Source of the DNA: Nitrospirota bacterium
Lineage (GTDB): Bacteria; Nitrospirota; Thermodesulfovibrionia; UBA6902
Assembly (NCBI GenBank): GCA_040758255.1
Contig: JBFLVX010000003.1
Coordinates: 1 to 45,481, forward strand
Length of the DNA stretch: 45,481 bases
Direction: 5' to 3'
Shown: positions 1 through 9,191 of the stretch, piece after piece
Numbering within the stretch: position 1 is the first letter of the stretch
Layout of the letters: each line of letters starts with the position of its first letter
Translations under genes and position numbers: made by a program
The notes under the pieces: model-generated
What the model was told of the DNA's origin: nothing
What the model saw: the letters and a program-made list of their open reading frames with translations, nothing else
The model's database searches: none

Positions 1-279
1 TTGCGGTCTGACGGATCGGTTCTGGAACAGATCGTCAAAGATGCCTTCGATTCAATCGGAGTATGGTCTCCTGACGGTACAAGGCTTGCCGTGATCGCCG
101 GAACTGACCTGTTGTACTTTGATGGATTTTCCCCTTCATTCAGTAGCAGGGACATCGCTGTCAGTGAAGGTAAAGACAATATCAGAGACAAATCGCGTCT
201 TCTTAAAAAACTTCTCAAGGAGAGGCTCATCTCCAAAGAAGAATTCAAGGCAAGAAGAACAAAACTTTTTTCAAAATAA
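1..279 (+). CDS. C-terminal fragment of TolB/PD40-type beta-propeller protein with C-terminal SHOCT-like helix pair (5' truncated by window)
   Basis: WSPDG propeller motif; C-terminal LKKLLKERLISKEEFKARRTKL resembles SHOCT. Confidence 0.55.
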   Translation: MRSDGSVLEQIVKDAFDSIGVWSPDGTRLAVIAGTDLLYFDGFSPSFSSRDIAVSEGKDNIRDKSRLLKKLLKERLISKEEFKARRTKLFSK

Positions 280-292
280 GAGGGGGTTAAAA

Positions 293-1645
293 ATGATCAG
301 GTATGGAGTGTTCTTATTAATAATTATACTGTCTAATGCGGGATACGCATTAGCTGCCCCCAGCGAAAAGAATCAATCATGTCAGTCCTGCCACGAAAAA
401 GAGACGCCTCAAATAATCCGCATCTGGAAAACTTCAGCCCACGCAAAGATAGGTGTGGGGTGTGAAGAATGTCATGGCAAAGATTATGACGCCAAACACG
501 GAGAAGAAGGGAAGAAGACGGTTGCTGACGCCTCTGTATGCGCGCGGTGCCACAGTGACACTGCCAAAAAGCACTTTTCGGGCAAGCACGGGATCGGGTT
601 CAGGGCAGGCAAGGCCTGCACACGAAAACTTGAACAGACCCCTGAGATTCGTAAGGGTTGCAACGACTGTCATGAGAAGGGATCGTCGCTTCCAGCTCAG
701 AATGCCGAGTGCTCGAGATTTCTGGCTCAGACCCCTGAGATGCAGCGTCAGGGCTGTACCTCCTGTCACAAGATCGAAGTCAGGTGTGATTCATGCCATA
801 CCTCGCATGATACGGATCTGAATATTGTGCGGGACCCTGCTGTGTGCGGCACCTGCCACATGGGGCCTGATCATCCGCAATATGAGATGTGGGAGTCCTC
901 GAGGCATGGAGTAATGTCCTCGCAGAAAGGCAGGGATTACGCGCCTGACTGCGTTACGTGCCATATGCCCAAAGGCGATCATAATGTCAGTGAAGGGATC
1001 AGCATGGGACTGTTTGGACAACCCTACCCCGAAGATATACGGGCGGCTGAGCGGGAGAAGATGCTTAATGTCTGCTCCGGATGCCATACAAGATCCTTTG
1101 CCGCTGATAATATGAAAGATGGTGATGAAATTCAGCATCAGGCAAAGGCGCTTGTTGATGAGGCCGCATCAATAATAAGGGATCTGGATAAGGAAGGGCT
1201 ATTGATCCCCTCACCGGCTGCAAGGCCTGCGCATCCGCTGTCAGGACAGACACTGGAGATCGGCTCCCAGATGCTCTATGAAAATCTGTCAGAGGCAGAG
1301 GCGATCTTTTTCCGCATGAAGAAGTTTTACTATATCATTACCTATAAAGGCGTGTTTCACCAGAATCCGGATTACGCGCACTGGTACGGGAATGCACCCC
1401 TCAAATTGGCGCTTTCTGAAATACGCAGCAAGGCAATGCAGTTACAGGAGATCAGGCGTCTGAAGATGAGGGTGGACAATTTATCGGCAATGGGATTAGA
1501 AGATCCGCTGCCTGATACAGGAGCTTCGGACCAGTCATTGGAAACAGGGCTCAGGCGTCTGCGGGAATTATATTTAAAGGGGGATCTCTTAAAAGAAGAG
1601 TATGACAAACGCAGGGCTGAAATGCTGGATAAATATGGCCTGTGA
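293..1645 (+). CDS. Periplasmic multiheme cytochrome c, hydroxylamine oxidoreductase (HAO)-like family, 9 CxxCH, C-terminal SHOCT-like domain
   Basis: Start moved to ATG 293 (GAGGGGG RBS, signal peptide MIRYGVFLLIIILSNAGYALA); CxxCHMGPDH and HQNPDYAHW motifs typical of HAO-like proteins. Confidence 0.85.
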   Translation: MIRYGVFLLIIILSNAGYALAAPSEKNQSCQSCHEKETPQIIRIWKTSAHAKIGVGCEECHGKDYDAKHGEEGKKTVADASVCARCHSDTAKKHFSGKHGIGFRAGKACTRKLEQTPEIRKGCNDCHEKGSSLPAQNAECSRFLAQTPEMQRQGCTSCHKIEVRCDSCHTSHDTDLNIVRDPAVCGTCHMGPDHPQYEMWESSRHGVMSSQKGRDYAPDCVTCHMPKGDHNVSEGISMGLFGQPYPEDIRAAEREKMLNVCSGCHTRSFAADNMKDGDEIQHQAKALVDEAASIIRDLDKEGLLIPSPAARPAHPLSGQTLEIGSQMLYENLSEAEAIFFRMKKFYYIITYKGVFHQNPDYAHWYGNAPLKLALSEIRSKAMQLQEIRRLKMRVDNLSAMGLEDPLPDTGASDQSLETGLRRLRELYLKGDLLKEEYDKRRAEMLDKYGL

Positions 1646-1654
1646 AGATAATAG

Positions 1655-2116
1655 ATGAAGTTCATCGCGGACGCCATGCTTGGAAGGCTTGCCAAATGGA
1701 TGAGGATCATAGGATGCGATGTAGCCTATTACCGCAAGATAGAAGACGCGGAGCTTGTTGAACTGGCGGCCAAAGACAACAGATTGATCCTCACAAAGGA
1801 TAACCTCCTAATCAAAAGGAGAAAGGCAAAAGGGAACTATTTCTTGGTCGAGAGCAACAGCTATAAAGAGCAGCTGAAACAGATGGTTACCCGCTTCTCC
1901 ATAGACCCTTATCAGAGCCTCTTAACACGCTGTATAGAATGTAACATCCTTCTGACGGAAATCGCTAAAGATGAGGGCAGAGAGTCCGTGCCGGAATATG
2001 TCTATAACAGCCAAACTTCATTTATGAGATGTCCTGAATGCGAAAAGATCTACTGGCCCGCGACCCATAAGAGCAAGATAATAAAAACGCTGAAGGATAT
2101 ATTCAAGGAAGATTGA
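1655..2116 (+). CDS. Mut7-C RNase (PIN-fold) domain protein with Zn ribbon
   Basis: FIADAMLGRLAKWMR, RLILTKD, RCIECN and CPECEKIYW motifs. Confidence 0.85.
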   Translation: MKFIADAMLGRLAKWMRIIGCDVAYYRKIEDAELVELAAKDNRLILTKDNLLIKRRKAKGNYFLVESNSYKEQLKQMVTRFSIDPYQSLLTRCIECNILLTEIAKDEGRESVPEYVYNSQTSFMRCPECEKIYWPATHKSKIIKTLKDIFKED

Positions 2117-2309
2117 GGATGCGGGCTGCGCGTTGCAGAATCAAATCAGGCAGTGCATTCCTGTTCTCCTCTGTCACCTCATGTATATCAATATCTTCCC
2201 TCTCTTTTATCCTCCAGATGAAGTCATCGCCTCCGAAGGTGACAGTGCCTATCACAACATTGGGCGAATTGAGCGCCGCCTGTTTGAAGACGTTGGAGAA
2301 ACATTCCAT
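2103..2309 (-). pseudogene. C-terminal remnant of a THEP1-like nucleoside triphosphatase
   Basis: MECFS..F....LNS...VIGT....G..FI..IK.R.D....EVT..NR..LP resembles the NTPase C-half; Walker A/B N-half is absent. Confidence 0.55.
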
Positions 2310-2363
2310 AAAAAGGCTGTAGCTTTCGCTAAAGTTCAAAGCATCCCTGGCTGAATAATATCA

Positions 2364-4229
2364 TTACAACCTCATAGCCAGATCATATAATCCAGTGTAT
2401 TCATCCTTTGCTTCAGTTAAATCTTCCTGCAGTAACCGTACGCCCTCCGGCACATACTTCAGGAAATATCTCTTCCCCTTCACATTAGAGAGAAAGCCAT
2501 ATGCGCCGAGCGCCTGCATATGCCTCTGAAGCCGGCACAAGAGCAATGATCTTTTAAAATACGTTGCTTTAAATTTATCTGCCTGAGCATCACGCATCTT
2601 TGAGATGTAATAATCTAAAATACTGTCCCTTGTGCTGCTCTCAAGCCTGTAATAGGGGTCCCATAATAGCGATGCAAGGTCATAAGCAGGCGGGCCGATC
2701 CTTGCTCCCTGATAATCTATCAATCTCGGGGTTCCCCCTGATGTGATCATTATATTCTGCGACTGGAAGTCGCGGTGTATGATGGTCTTTTGGAAAGAGT
2801 CCGCTTCTGATGCCAGACTCTGCAATTCATTTGTCAGGGCTGAATAATTCTTTGGTTCAATTTTTTGAACGCCTTTTCCAAACCTCTCAATAAAATAGTC
2901 CGACTCCCATAGAAAGTCTTTGTAACCGAATATCCTCTCCCGAAGCATCGGGCATTCTGCTATCTTATCTTCCGGGATACCGTGAATAATGACCAGCATA
3001 TCAATGACCTTTTTATACATCTCTTCAATCTGCTCCTCTTTGCGGGGACATTTTAGCCAACTGTAAAGGGAGATGTCCCCAAGGTCCTCAAAGACCGCTC
3101 TCATCTCTTCCGTCATAACCTCTATCAGCTCAGGAATGGGAATGGAGTGTCTCTGAAAAAATTGGGTATATTCTATCTGTCGCTGAAAATCCGGGTCACC
3201 GGCCGCGCACTCCATTAACACCGATGTCTTTCCGCCTTTCTTTATTCTGAAGTACTTCCTGTCCGAGCCTCCTGTGCCGATCAAGAACTTATTCTTTTTT
3301 CTTGATAACCCATCTATCCCGGATTCACTCAGGTCTATCTTAAAACCGGGACCGAGTATGCAGTTTTCAATTACTGACGTTCCTGCCTGGCTTCCCGGAA
3401 GCAGAATACAATTTTTAAGGGAAATTCCTGAATCTATTACGCTCTCTTTCTCCATCACCACATACCCGTTCATCTCTGCGTTATCACAGCCCTTTGACAA
3501 GGGATCTATATATACCATTTCTCCATCTGCCCTTAAGGCATCAAAGACTGCGGAGGCATATGACGCGGGCGTTCCTATATCGCTCCAATAACATCCGCTT
3601 ACTTCCATTGTCTTGATCCTGTGTCCGTCAGATAGTACGCTCATCCACGCATCAACAACGCTTGATGCCCCGTCAGGGATAAATTTCAGGAATTCAGGAG
3701 AATATAGAGCAATGCCGGTAAATGCGCGCCTTGGCATTTCGTCTCTCTCATCTTGCCGTTTTGTTTCAACGCCTCTCAGGAACCCATACTCATCTACAAT
3801 GACATTATTGAATTTGGGATAATCGTGAACGGCAAGAGTTGCGATATTTCCGGATGAAAGATGCGCTTTAAGCAGTCTTTCTAAATCAATATCAGAGAGC
3901 ACGTCCGAATTGTGGACAAGAAAGATGCCATCTCTCAGAAATTCTTCCGCGTTCTTAAGTGCGCCGCCTGTGCCTAATATTTCGGGTTCAGGAAAGAGCG
4001 CAACTTTGTCCTTATGGACAGACAGGTCAATCCAGTTTTTAATCATCTCTTTCTTATGAAAAAGATTTATCCCGATCTTGTTTACATTCAGGGCTGAGAC
4101 CTTCTCAAACACGGATTGCAGCACAGATTTTCCAGCAATGGGGAGGAGAGGTTTCGGAATATAGTCGGTAATCGGTCTTAAGCGCTCGCCAAGGCCAGCG
4201 GCTAAAATAAAGGCTTTTAATTTATTCAT
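2364..4229 (-). CDS. Fused MurU-like nucleotidyltransferase + AmgK-like (APH-family) sugar kinase
   Basis: N-terminal ILAAGLGERLRP..PKPL; C-terminal GGSDRKYFR, HRDFQSQN, IDYQG, QRHMQALGAYGFL; adjacent to namZ. Confidence 0.8.
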   Translation of the reverse strand: MNKLKAFILAAGLGERLRPITDYIPKPLLPIAGKSVLQSVFEKVSALNVNKIGINLFHKKEMIKNWIDLSVHKDKVALFPEPEILGTGGALKNAEEFLRDGIFLVHNSDVLSDIDLERLLKAHLSSGNIATLAVHDYPKFNNVIVDEYGFLRGVETKRQDERDEMPRRAFTGIALYSPEFLKFIPDGASSVVDAWMSVLSDGHRIKTMEVSGCYWSDIGTPASYASAVFDALRADGEMVYIDPLSKGCDNAEMNGYVVMEKESVIDSGISLKNCILLPGSQAGTSVIENCILGPGFKIDLSESGIDGLSRKKNKFLIGTGGSDRKYFRIKKGGKTSVLMECAAGDPDFQRQIEYTQFFQRHSIPIPELIEVMTEEMRAVFEDLGDISLYSWLKCPRKEEQIEEMYKKVIDMLVIIHGIPEDKIAECPMLRERIFGYKDFLWESDYFIERFGKGVQKIEPKNYSALTNELQSLASEADSFQKTIIHRDFQSQNIMITSGGTPRLIDYQGARIGPPAYDLASLLWDPYYRLESSTRDSILDYYISKMRDAQADKFKATYFKRSLLLCRLQRHMQALGAYGFLSNVKGKRYFLKYVPEGVRLLQEDLTEAKDEYTGLYDLAMRL

Positions 4230-4242
4230 AAAACAAGAGGGA

Positions 4243-5418
4243 CTACTTATAGATCAGATATTTCCGTCTTACATGTTTATTAAATTGTCTGCATTCCTCT
4301 TTCCACCAATCTTCCATACTATTAAGGGATTTGCCTGACTCAATATCTTTCCTTAACCTGTCAGTGCCTGAGAGAATATCAATGGGCATCTTTTTAGTCT
4401 CATACTCATATGGCGGCTCTTTCCATCTGAAATCTTTAGGATATAGATCATGCGCTGTCTTTATAACCGCAACGCCTGTCTTAAACGGTTTGAACTTCTC
4501 CCTGCTGATTATATGCATCTGCGCTCCTCCGCAGAGCTTGCCTTCATGCTTCTGAAAAGTAGGCTGAAAGAAGAGCGGCCTGAAGATGACTCCGGGAAGC
4601 TTGTGCTCATTAAGCCTCTTCACCAGCGCATCAGGTTCTATATAAGGCGCTCCGAATATCTCAAACGGCCGCGTCGTCCCCCTTCCCTCGCTTAAATTCG
4701 TGCCTTCGAGCAGGCACATTCCCGGATACACAGCCGCAGAATCAGGTATCGGCATATTCGGGGAAGGCATGACCCACGGCAGCCCTGTCTCATCAAACCA
4801 ATTCTTCCGAGCCCATCCGCTCATGGGCAAAACTTCAAGATCAAGAGACAGATAGTATTCAGCCTTAAGGTATAAGCCTATTTCAGCTATAGTCATTCCG
4901 TGACGGACCGGCATAGGCCTCTGCCCCACAAACGATTTAAAAGATTCATCAAGCACCGGCCCCTCAGTAATTGATCCCCCAATGGGATTCGGCCGGTCAA
5001 GGATAACAACGCTCTTCCCTATCTCCTGACATGCCTCCATGCAAAGCTCCATTGTCCAGATGAAGGTATAATAACGCGATCCTACATCCTGCAGGTCTAT
5101 CACAAGTACATCTATATCTTTCAGCATCCCCTTCTCAGGTTTTCTTGTTCTGCCGTAGAGACTGTATACCGGAAGCCCCGTTCCTTTGTCCCTGAACCCT
5201 TCCCACTCGATCATATTATCCTGCGTCTCCCCGCGTATCCCGTGCTGGGGGCCAAAGAGCGCCTTCAGGCTGATCTTTTTTGATTTAAGAAGGATGCTGA
5301 CCGTATGTTCCAGCCGTCTGTTTACAGAGGCCGGGTGCACAAGAAGCCCCGCCCTCGCGCCGTTCAGCTTCTTAGGCCAATGCTTCTCAAAATTATCAAG
5401 TCCTGTTTTCATTTTCAT
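4243..5418 (-). CDS. namZ: Exo-beta-N-acetylmuramidase NamZ (DUF1343/YbbC family)
   Basis: LFGPQHG, DLQDVGSRYYT, LDRPNP, PSPNMP, EGTNLSEGRGTTRPFE motifs. Confidence 0.9.
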   Translation of the reverse strand: MKMKTGLDNFEKHWPKKLNGARAGLLVHPASVNRRLEHTVSILLKSKKISLKALFGPQHGIRGETQDNMIEWEGFRDKGTGLPVYSLYGRTRKPEKGMLKDIDVLVIDLQDVGSRYYTFIWTMELCMEACQEIGKSVVILDRPNPIGGSITEGPVLDESFKSFVGQRPMPVRHGMTIAEIGLYLKAEYYLSLDLEVLPMSGWARKNWFDETGLPWVMPSPNMPIPDSAAVYPGMCLLEGTNLSEGRGTTRPFEIFGAPYIEPDALVKRLNEHKLPGVIFRPLFFQPTFQKHEGKLCGGAQMHIISREKFKPFKTGVAVIKTAHDLYPKDFRWKEPPYEYETKKMPIDILSGTDRLRKDIESGKSLNSMEDWWKEECRQFNKHVRRKYLIYK

Positions 5419-5546
5419 ATTCTCTGCGTTTAATTTCCGAATCGTTAATATTAATAGCTATAGCCGATTAATTCAAATTGCGAAAAAGTATCGGCATTAA
5501 TTTTGTCCCCAAAGACATACAGATATGAATAATGATACAATCTTCA

Positions 5547-5993
5547 ATGCGGAAAATAATAGGCGTAATCGGCGGAAGAAGCGCCAGGAAAAAGCTCCTT
5601 GCGGAAGCCGAAGAAGTCGGCAGGCTTATAGCTGAAAACGGCCTGATAATGCTCTGTGGAGGGCTCGGCGGGGTTATGGAGGCTGCTGCAAAAGGAGCGA
5701 AGGAGGCGGGAGGTCTCACAGTCGGCGTCCTCCCGCATGATACAAAGGAGCACGCAAACCCTTATATTGATGTTCCGATAGCAACTGGGCTCGGCATCGG
5801 CAGAAATATTATCATAGCCCGCACTGCTGACGCTCTTATTGCCGTAAGCGGTGAGTACGGGACATTATCAGAGATAGCCTTTGCGCTTCAGCTTGGCAAA
5901 CCAGTAGTCGGGATCAACACTTGGGATATCAAAGGCGTTATTCAGGCGGAGAATGCAGAGGATGCCGTACAGGCCGCAATAAAACTCATTTAA
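5547..5993 (+). CDS. LOG-family / TIGR00725-like Rossmann protein
   Basis: CGGLGGVMEAAAKGA, RN, GEYGTLSEIA motifs; start 5532 or 5547. Confidence 0.85.
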   Translation: MRKIIGVIGGRSARKKLLAEAEEVGRLIAENGLIMLCGGLGGVMEAAAKGAKEAGGLTVGVLPHDTKEHANPYIDVPIATGLGIGRNIIIARTADALIAVSGEYGTLSEIAFALQLGKPVVGINTWDIKGVIQAENAEDAVQAAIKLI

Positions 5994-6008
5994 AACTAAA
6001 CCTGCGTT

Positions 6009-6131
6009 AACCACAGAGAACTCAGAGGGAAGACATTGACAGTTAAAAAAGAGGGAAAGCATTATTTCACTACAGTGGATACAGAGAAAGAGAATTTTAG
6101 ATTTTAAAAAAGCTCTGTGAACTCTGTGGTT
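6009..6131. repeat. ACCACAGAG-N2-CACAGAG-type palindromic element (copy A)
   Basis: aaccacagagaactcagag ... ctctgtgaactctgtggtt termini; 6064-6131 is nearly identical to 13626-13692. Confidence 0.75.
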
Positions 6132-6153
6132 TTATTTAAATGCTTTTTGGGAG

Positions 6154-6954
6154 CTAATTTTCCCTGCTGATAAAGAGGCTCATCAGGAATATCGCCAATG
6201 CTGTCAGCACAATTGTCCCGCCGCTTGCAAGATCAAAGTAGTAAGATAAGAACAATCCGGTTATCACAGAGAGCAGGGAAATAATTACCGAGAGAAATAA
6301 CGTCTGCCTGAAGCTGCGGTTAAACTGCATCGCTGTTATAACGGGAATGACCATCAAAGCTCCTATAAGAAGCACGCCTACTATACGCATTGAGAGCGAT
6401 ACTGTTACAGCAGCCATGATGAGAAGGGTCAAGTTAAGCCCTCTTGTATTTACGCCGCTCACCTCGGCAAGCTCCTCGTCAAAGGATATAAAGAAGAACT
6501 CCTTGTAACATGCTGAGATGAGAAGTAAGATAACTGCGCCGAGTGCGGCAACAAGATACAGATCTCCTGAGCTGACTGTGGTGATGCTGCCGAATAGATA
6601 AGCGAAGAGGTTTACATTGAATCCTTTTGCCAGGCCGAGGATCACAACAGCCCCTGCAAGTCCTCCCCAGAGAAAGAGCGCAAGCGCGGACTCGCCGAAT
6701 ATCTTTTTGGCGCTCCTCAGCCTCTCTATGCCGAATACGCTAAGGACGGAGAAGAGAATTGCGGTCAATGCGGGCTGACTCTTGGTCAGGATGCCCACAG
6801 CCGCTCCTGCAAGCGAGACATGGGCAAGCGTATCCGCAAGAAGGGAATAGCGGCGGACCACAAGGAATATGCCTATCATCGGCGCGATCACGGCGATGAT
6901 TATCCCGGCTGTAAATGCCCTTAATAGAAAATCGTATTGAAATATCTCTAACAT
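6154..6954 (-). CDS. znuB: Zn/Mn ABC transporter permease
   Basis: ADTLAH, YLFGSI, FDEELA..G, VGVLLI motifs; hydrophobic. Confidence 0.88.
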   Translation of the reverse strand: MLEIFQYDFLLRAFTAGIIIAVIAPMIGIFLVVRRYSLLADTLAHVSLAGAAVGILTKSQPALTAILFSVLSVFGIERLRSAKKIFGESALALFLWGGLAGAVVILGLAKGFNVNLFAYLFGSITTVSSGDLYLVAALGAVILLLISACYKEFFFISFDEELAEVSGVNTRGLNLTLLIMAAVTVSLSMRIVGVLLIGALMVIPVITAMQFNRSFRQTLFLSVIISLLSVITGLFLSYYFDLASGGTIVLTALAIFLMSLFISREN

Positions 6955-6956
6955 AA

Positions 6957-7709
6957 TCAGTGTCTATGAAAGACAGAGGTCACTTTCTTCCCGTATACCT
7001 CTTCCAAAAATTCTTCTTTGATGAACCTCTCAGGCGAGCCGTGGCATATAAGACGGTGATTGAGGCATAAGACGGTATTCACCTCGTCTGCGATAACACC
7101 GACATCATGTGAGACAAAGATTATGGTTATTCCAAGTTCACGGTTCAGATATGTGAGGAAGGCGTAGAACTTCTCCTGCGACGCGATATCCACTCCCACC
7201 GCAGGCTCATCCAGTATAAGTATCTTCGGCTCACCTGCCAGTGTTCTTGCAATAAAGACCCGTTGGCGCTCTCCTCCGGAGAGTTTGCTGATAAGTTGCC
7301 CCCTGTTTTCCGCTATCCCGGCAATCTCCATCGCCTTCTCTACGGCCTTATAATCTTCCTCTTTATATCTTCTGAATAACCCGGCCCTTGCCGTCCGTCC
7401 GCTCTTAACGATCTCCTCAACCGTTGCCGGAAAATAAAATTCGGCCTGTGAAGCCTTTTGGGGCACATACCCTATACGATAGCGTTTCTCAAGTTCATCA
7501 GATATCTGCCCGAATATCTTAACCACGCCTGAATCAGGCCTGAGCAGTCCGAGAATGATCTTGAGAAGCGTTGTCTTTCCTCCGCCATTCGGTCCTATGA
7601 TCCCCAGATACTCTCCGGCCTTAACGGAAAAGCTGACGTGTTCAAGAACGGGATTGCCGTTATAATGAAAGTTGACATCCTCGAGTTCTATGCATTTATT
7701 TTCGCTCAT
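6957..7709 (-). CDS. znuC: Zn/Mn ABC transporter ATP-binding protein
   Basis: GPNGGGKT, LSGGERQR, LDEP, SHD, His-containing C-terminus. Confidence 0.88.
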   Translation of the reverse strand: MSENKCIELEDVNFHYNGNPVLEHVSFSVKAGEYLGIIGPNGGGKTTLLKIILGLLRPDSGVVKIFGQISDELEKRYRIGYVPQKASQAEFYFPATVEEIVKSGRTARAGLFRRYKEEDYKAVEKAMEIAGIAENRGQLISKLSGGERQRVFIARTLAGEPKILILDEPAVGVDIASQEKFYAFLTYLNRELGITIIFVSHDVGVIADEVNTVLCLNHRLICHGSPERFIKEEFLEEVYGKKVTSVFHRH

Positions 7710-7712
7710 TGA

Positions 7713-8600
7713 TTATTCACACGACAGAGCCAGGCGTAAATTTCTAAGGTTTTCATCCATTGCAGAGATATATGTCTTTCCAGCCATTATATCATTATCA
7801 GTAAATCCGTCAACATGGCTGAAAAAAAGTATCTCAGCGCCAACCTCATTCGCTATCGTTTCAGCTATCTTAGGGTTGGCAAGGAGTTCTGTAAAGACAT
7901 ATTTTATATTTTTTGCCCTGGAGATCTGTATTATTTCAGCCATCCTGCGCGGCGACGGCTCTTCTTCAGGCGAAAGCCCTGTTATTGAATGAACCTCAAA
8001 GCCGTAACGTCCGGCCAAATAACCGAATGCGTTATGAGAAACAACGATATCTCGGTTTTTGCATGACTTTAACCCACTGTCATATCTGTCTTTCAGCAGG
8101 AGAAGTTTGCCGGTATAAAGTGCGCAGTTGCTTCTGTAATAATCTCCATTTACAGGGTCTGCCATGATAAATATATCCATTATCAGCTCAACCTCTTTTA
8201 TGGCAAATAACGGGTCAAGCCAGATATGAGGATCATATTTTGTGCCTTCTTTGTCTCCAAGAAGCGTAAAATGATCAGCCAGCTGCAATGTCAGGATGCC
8301 TTTCTTCTTCAAATCTCCCAATATTCTCTCTGCCCACGGCTCAAAACCGGCGCCATTGAATACAAACACCCGCGACGTCTGGATCTTTACAATATCCTTT
8401 GCCGTCGGCTCATATTCATGCGGCTCTGCATTGCCGGGGATGATCTTGATTATATCCACCTTATCGCCGCCGACCTGCTCTGCAAAATGCGCCAGCGGAT
8501 AAAAACTTGCGGCAACCTTAATCTTATCTGATGCATCCGAAATTCGATAAGAAGAGATAGAAAGAAAGAGGGCTGTTATTATTATGATGAGATTCTTCAT
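7713..8600 (-). CDS. znuA: Zn/Mn ABC transporter substrate-binding protein
   Basis: EPHEYEP, DPHIWLDP, SHNAFGY metal-ligand motifs; signal peptide. Confidence 0.88.
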   Translation of the reverse strand: MKNLIIIITALFLSISSYRISDASDKIKVAASFYPLAHFAEQVGGDKVDIIKIIPGNAEPHEYEPTAKDIVKIQTSRVFVFNGAGFEPWAERILGDLKKKGILTLQLADHFTLLGDKEGTKYDPHIWLDPLFAIKEVELIMDIFIMADPVNGDYYRSNCALYTGKLLLLKDRYDSGLKSCKNRDIVVSHNAFGYLAGRYGFEVHSITGLSPEEEPSPRRMAEIIQISRAKNIKYVFTELLANPKIAETIANEVGAEILFFSHVDGFTDNDIMAGKTYISAMDENLRNLRLALSCE

Positions 8601-8618
8601 GTCAGAGAATTTGCCTAA

Positions 8619-8720
8619 GAAGAATGCAGGTATTGTGAAGGCAGATAATTTTCGATACCTTATAGTATTTCAATAATTTCATCGAGTTAATTATCTGACT
8701 GAGCAATATCTGCATTCTTC
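8619..8720 (+). repeat. Conserved intergenic stem-loop, copy 1 (copy 2 at 12509-12663)
   Basis: gaagaatgcaggtattg/caatatctgcattcttc outer stem; cagataatt/aattatctg middle stem; ttcgat/atcgag inner stem. Confidence 0.75.
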
Positions 8721-8741
8721 GGACTTATCAACCCGCATCTG

Positions 8742-9191
8742 TCAAATCTTAAGCCCGCTGTAATAACGGAAGCGTTCCTTAAGGTCCTCAGGGTCAATCT
8801 TGAGAAAATGACTGTATATGATGCGGTCAACTGAAGCTATCAATTCGCCGTCAGAACGGATCTCCGCCCTTCCGAGTGTATCCCTTTTCGATGTGGAGGT
8901 TATCTCTGCGCGAATGTCAGCCCTAAAACCGGGCCTCAGATTCGATGTGACTTTCACATCTTCGATCAGGGTCATGATCGCGGCAAGTTTGAAGTCATGT
9001 GAATACATGATCAGCCACCCAAGAAGCTGCGCCATAGTCTCTATCAGAATTGCTCCGGGGACAAGCGCGGCCTTGCTGAAGTGTCCTCTCAGGAACTCTT
9101 CTGAAAGGGCAAAGGACTTGACCCCTTCTATGGATTTTCCCTTATCAATCTTTTCTACCCTGTCGTAAAATAAAAACCGCATTTTAATCAA
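8742..9191 (-). CDS. FabZ/FabA-like hotdog 3-hydroxyacyl-ACP dehydratase
   Basis: RFLFYDR, GHF..AALVPG..LIE.MAQ. Confidence 0.8.
   Translation of the reverse strand: MIKMRFLFYDRVEKIDKGKSIEGVKSFALSEEFLRGHFSKAALVPGAILIETMAQLLGWLIMYSHDFKLAAIMTLIEDVKVTSNLRPGFRADIRAEITSTSKRDTLGRAEIRSDGELIASVDRIIYSHFLKIDPEDLKERFRYYSGLKI

Noticed and set aside
119-292. Extended N-terminus of the multiheme cytochrome in the ORF track
   Set aside because: It overlaps the upstream gene; the RBS and signal peptide support ATG 293.
8655-8682. Possible Zur/Fur box upstream of znuA
   Set aside because: The stretch is AT-rich but has no convincing dyad; it forms the loop of the repeated hairpin.
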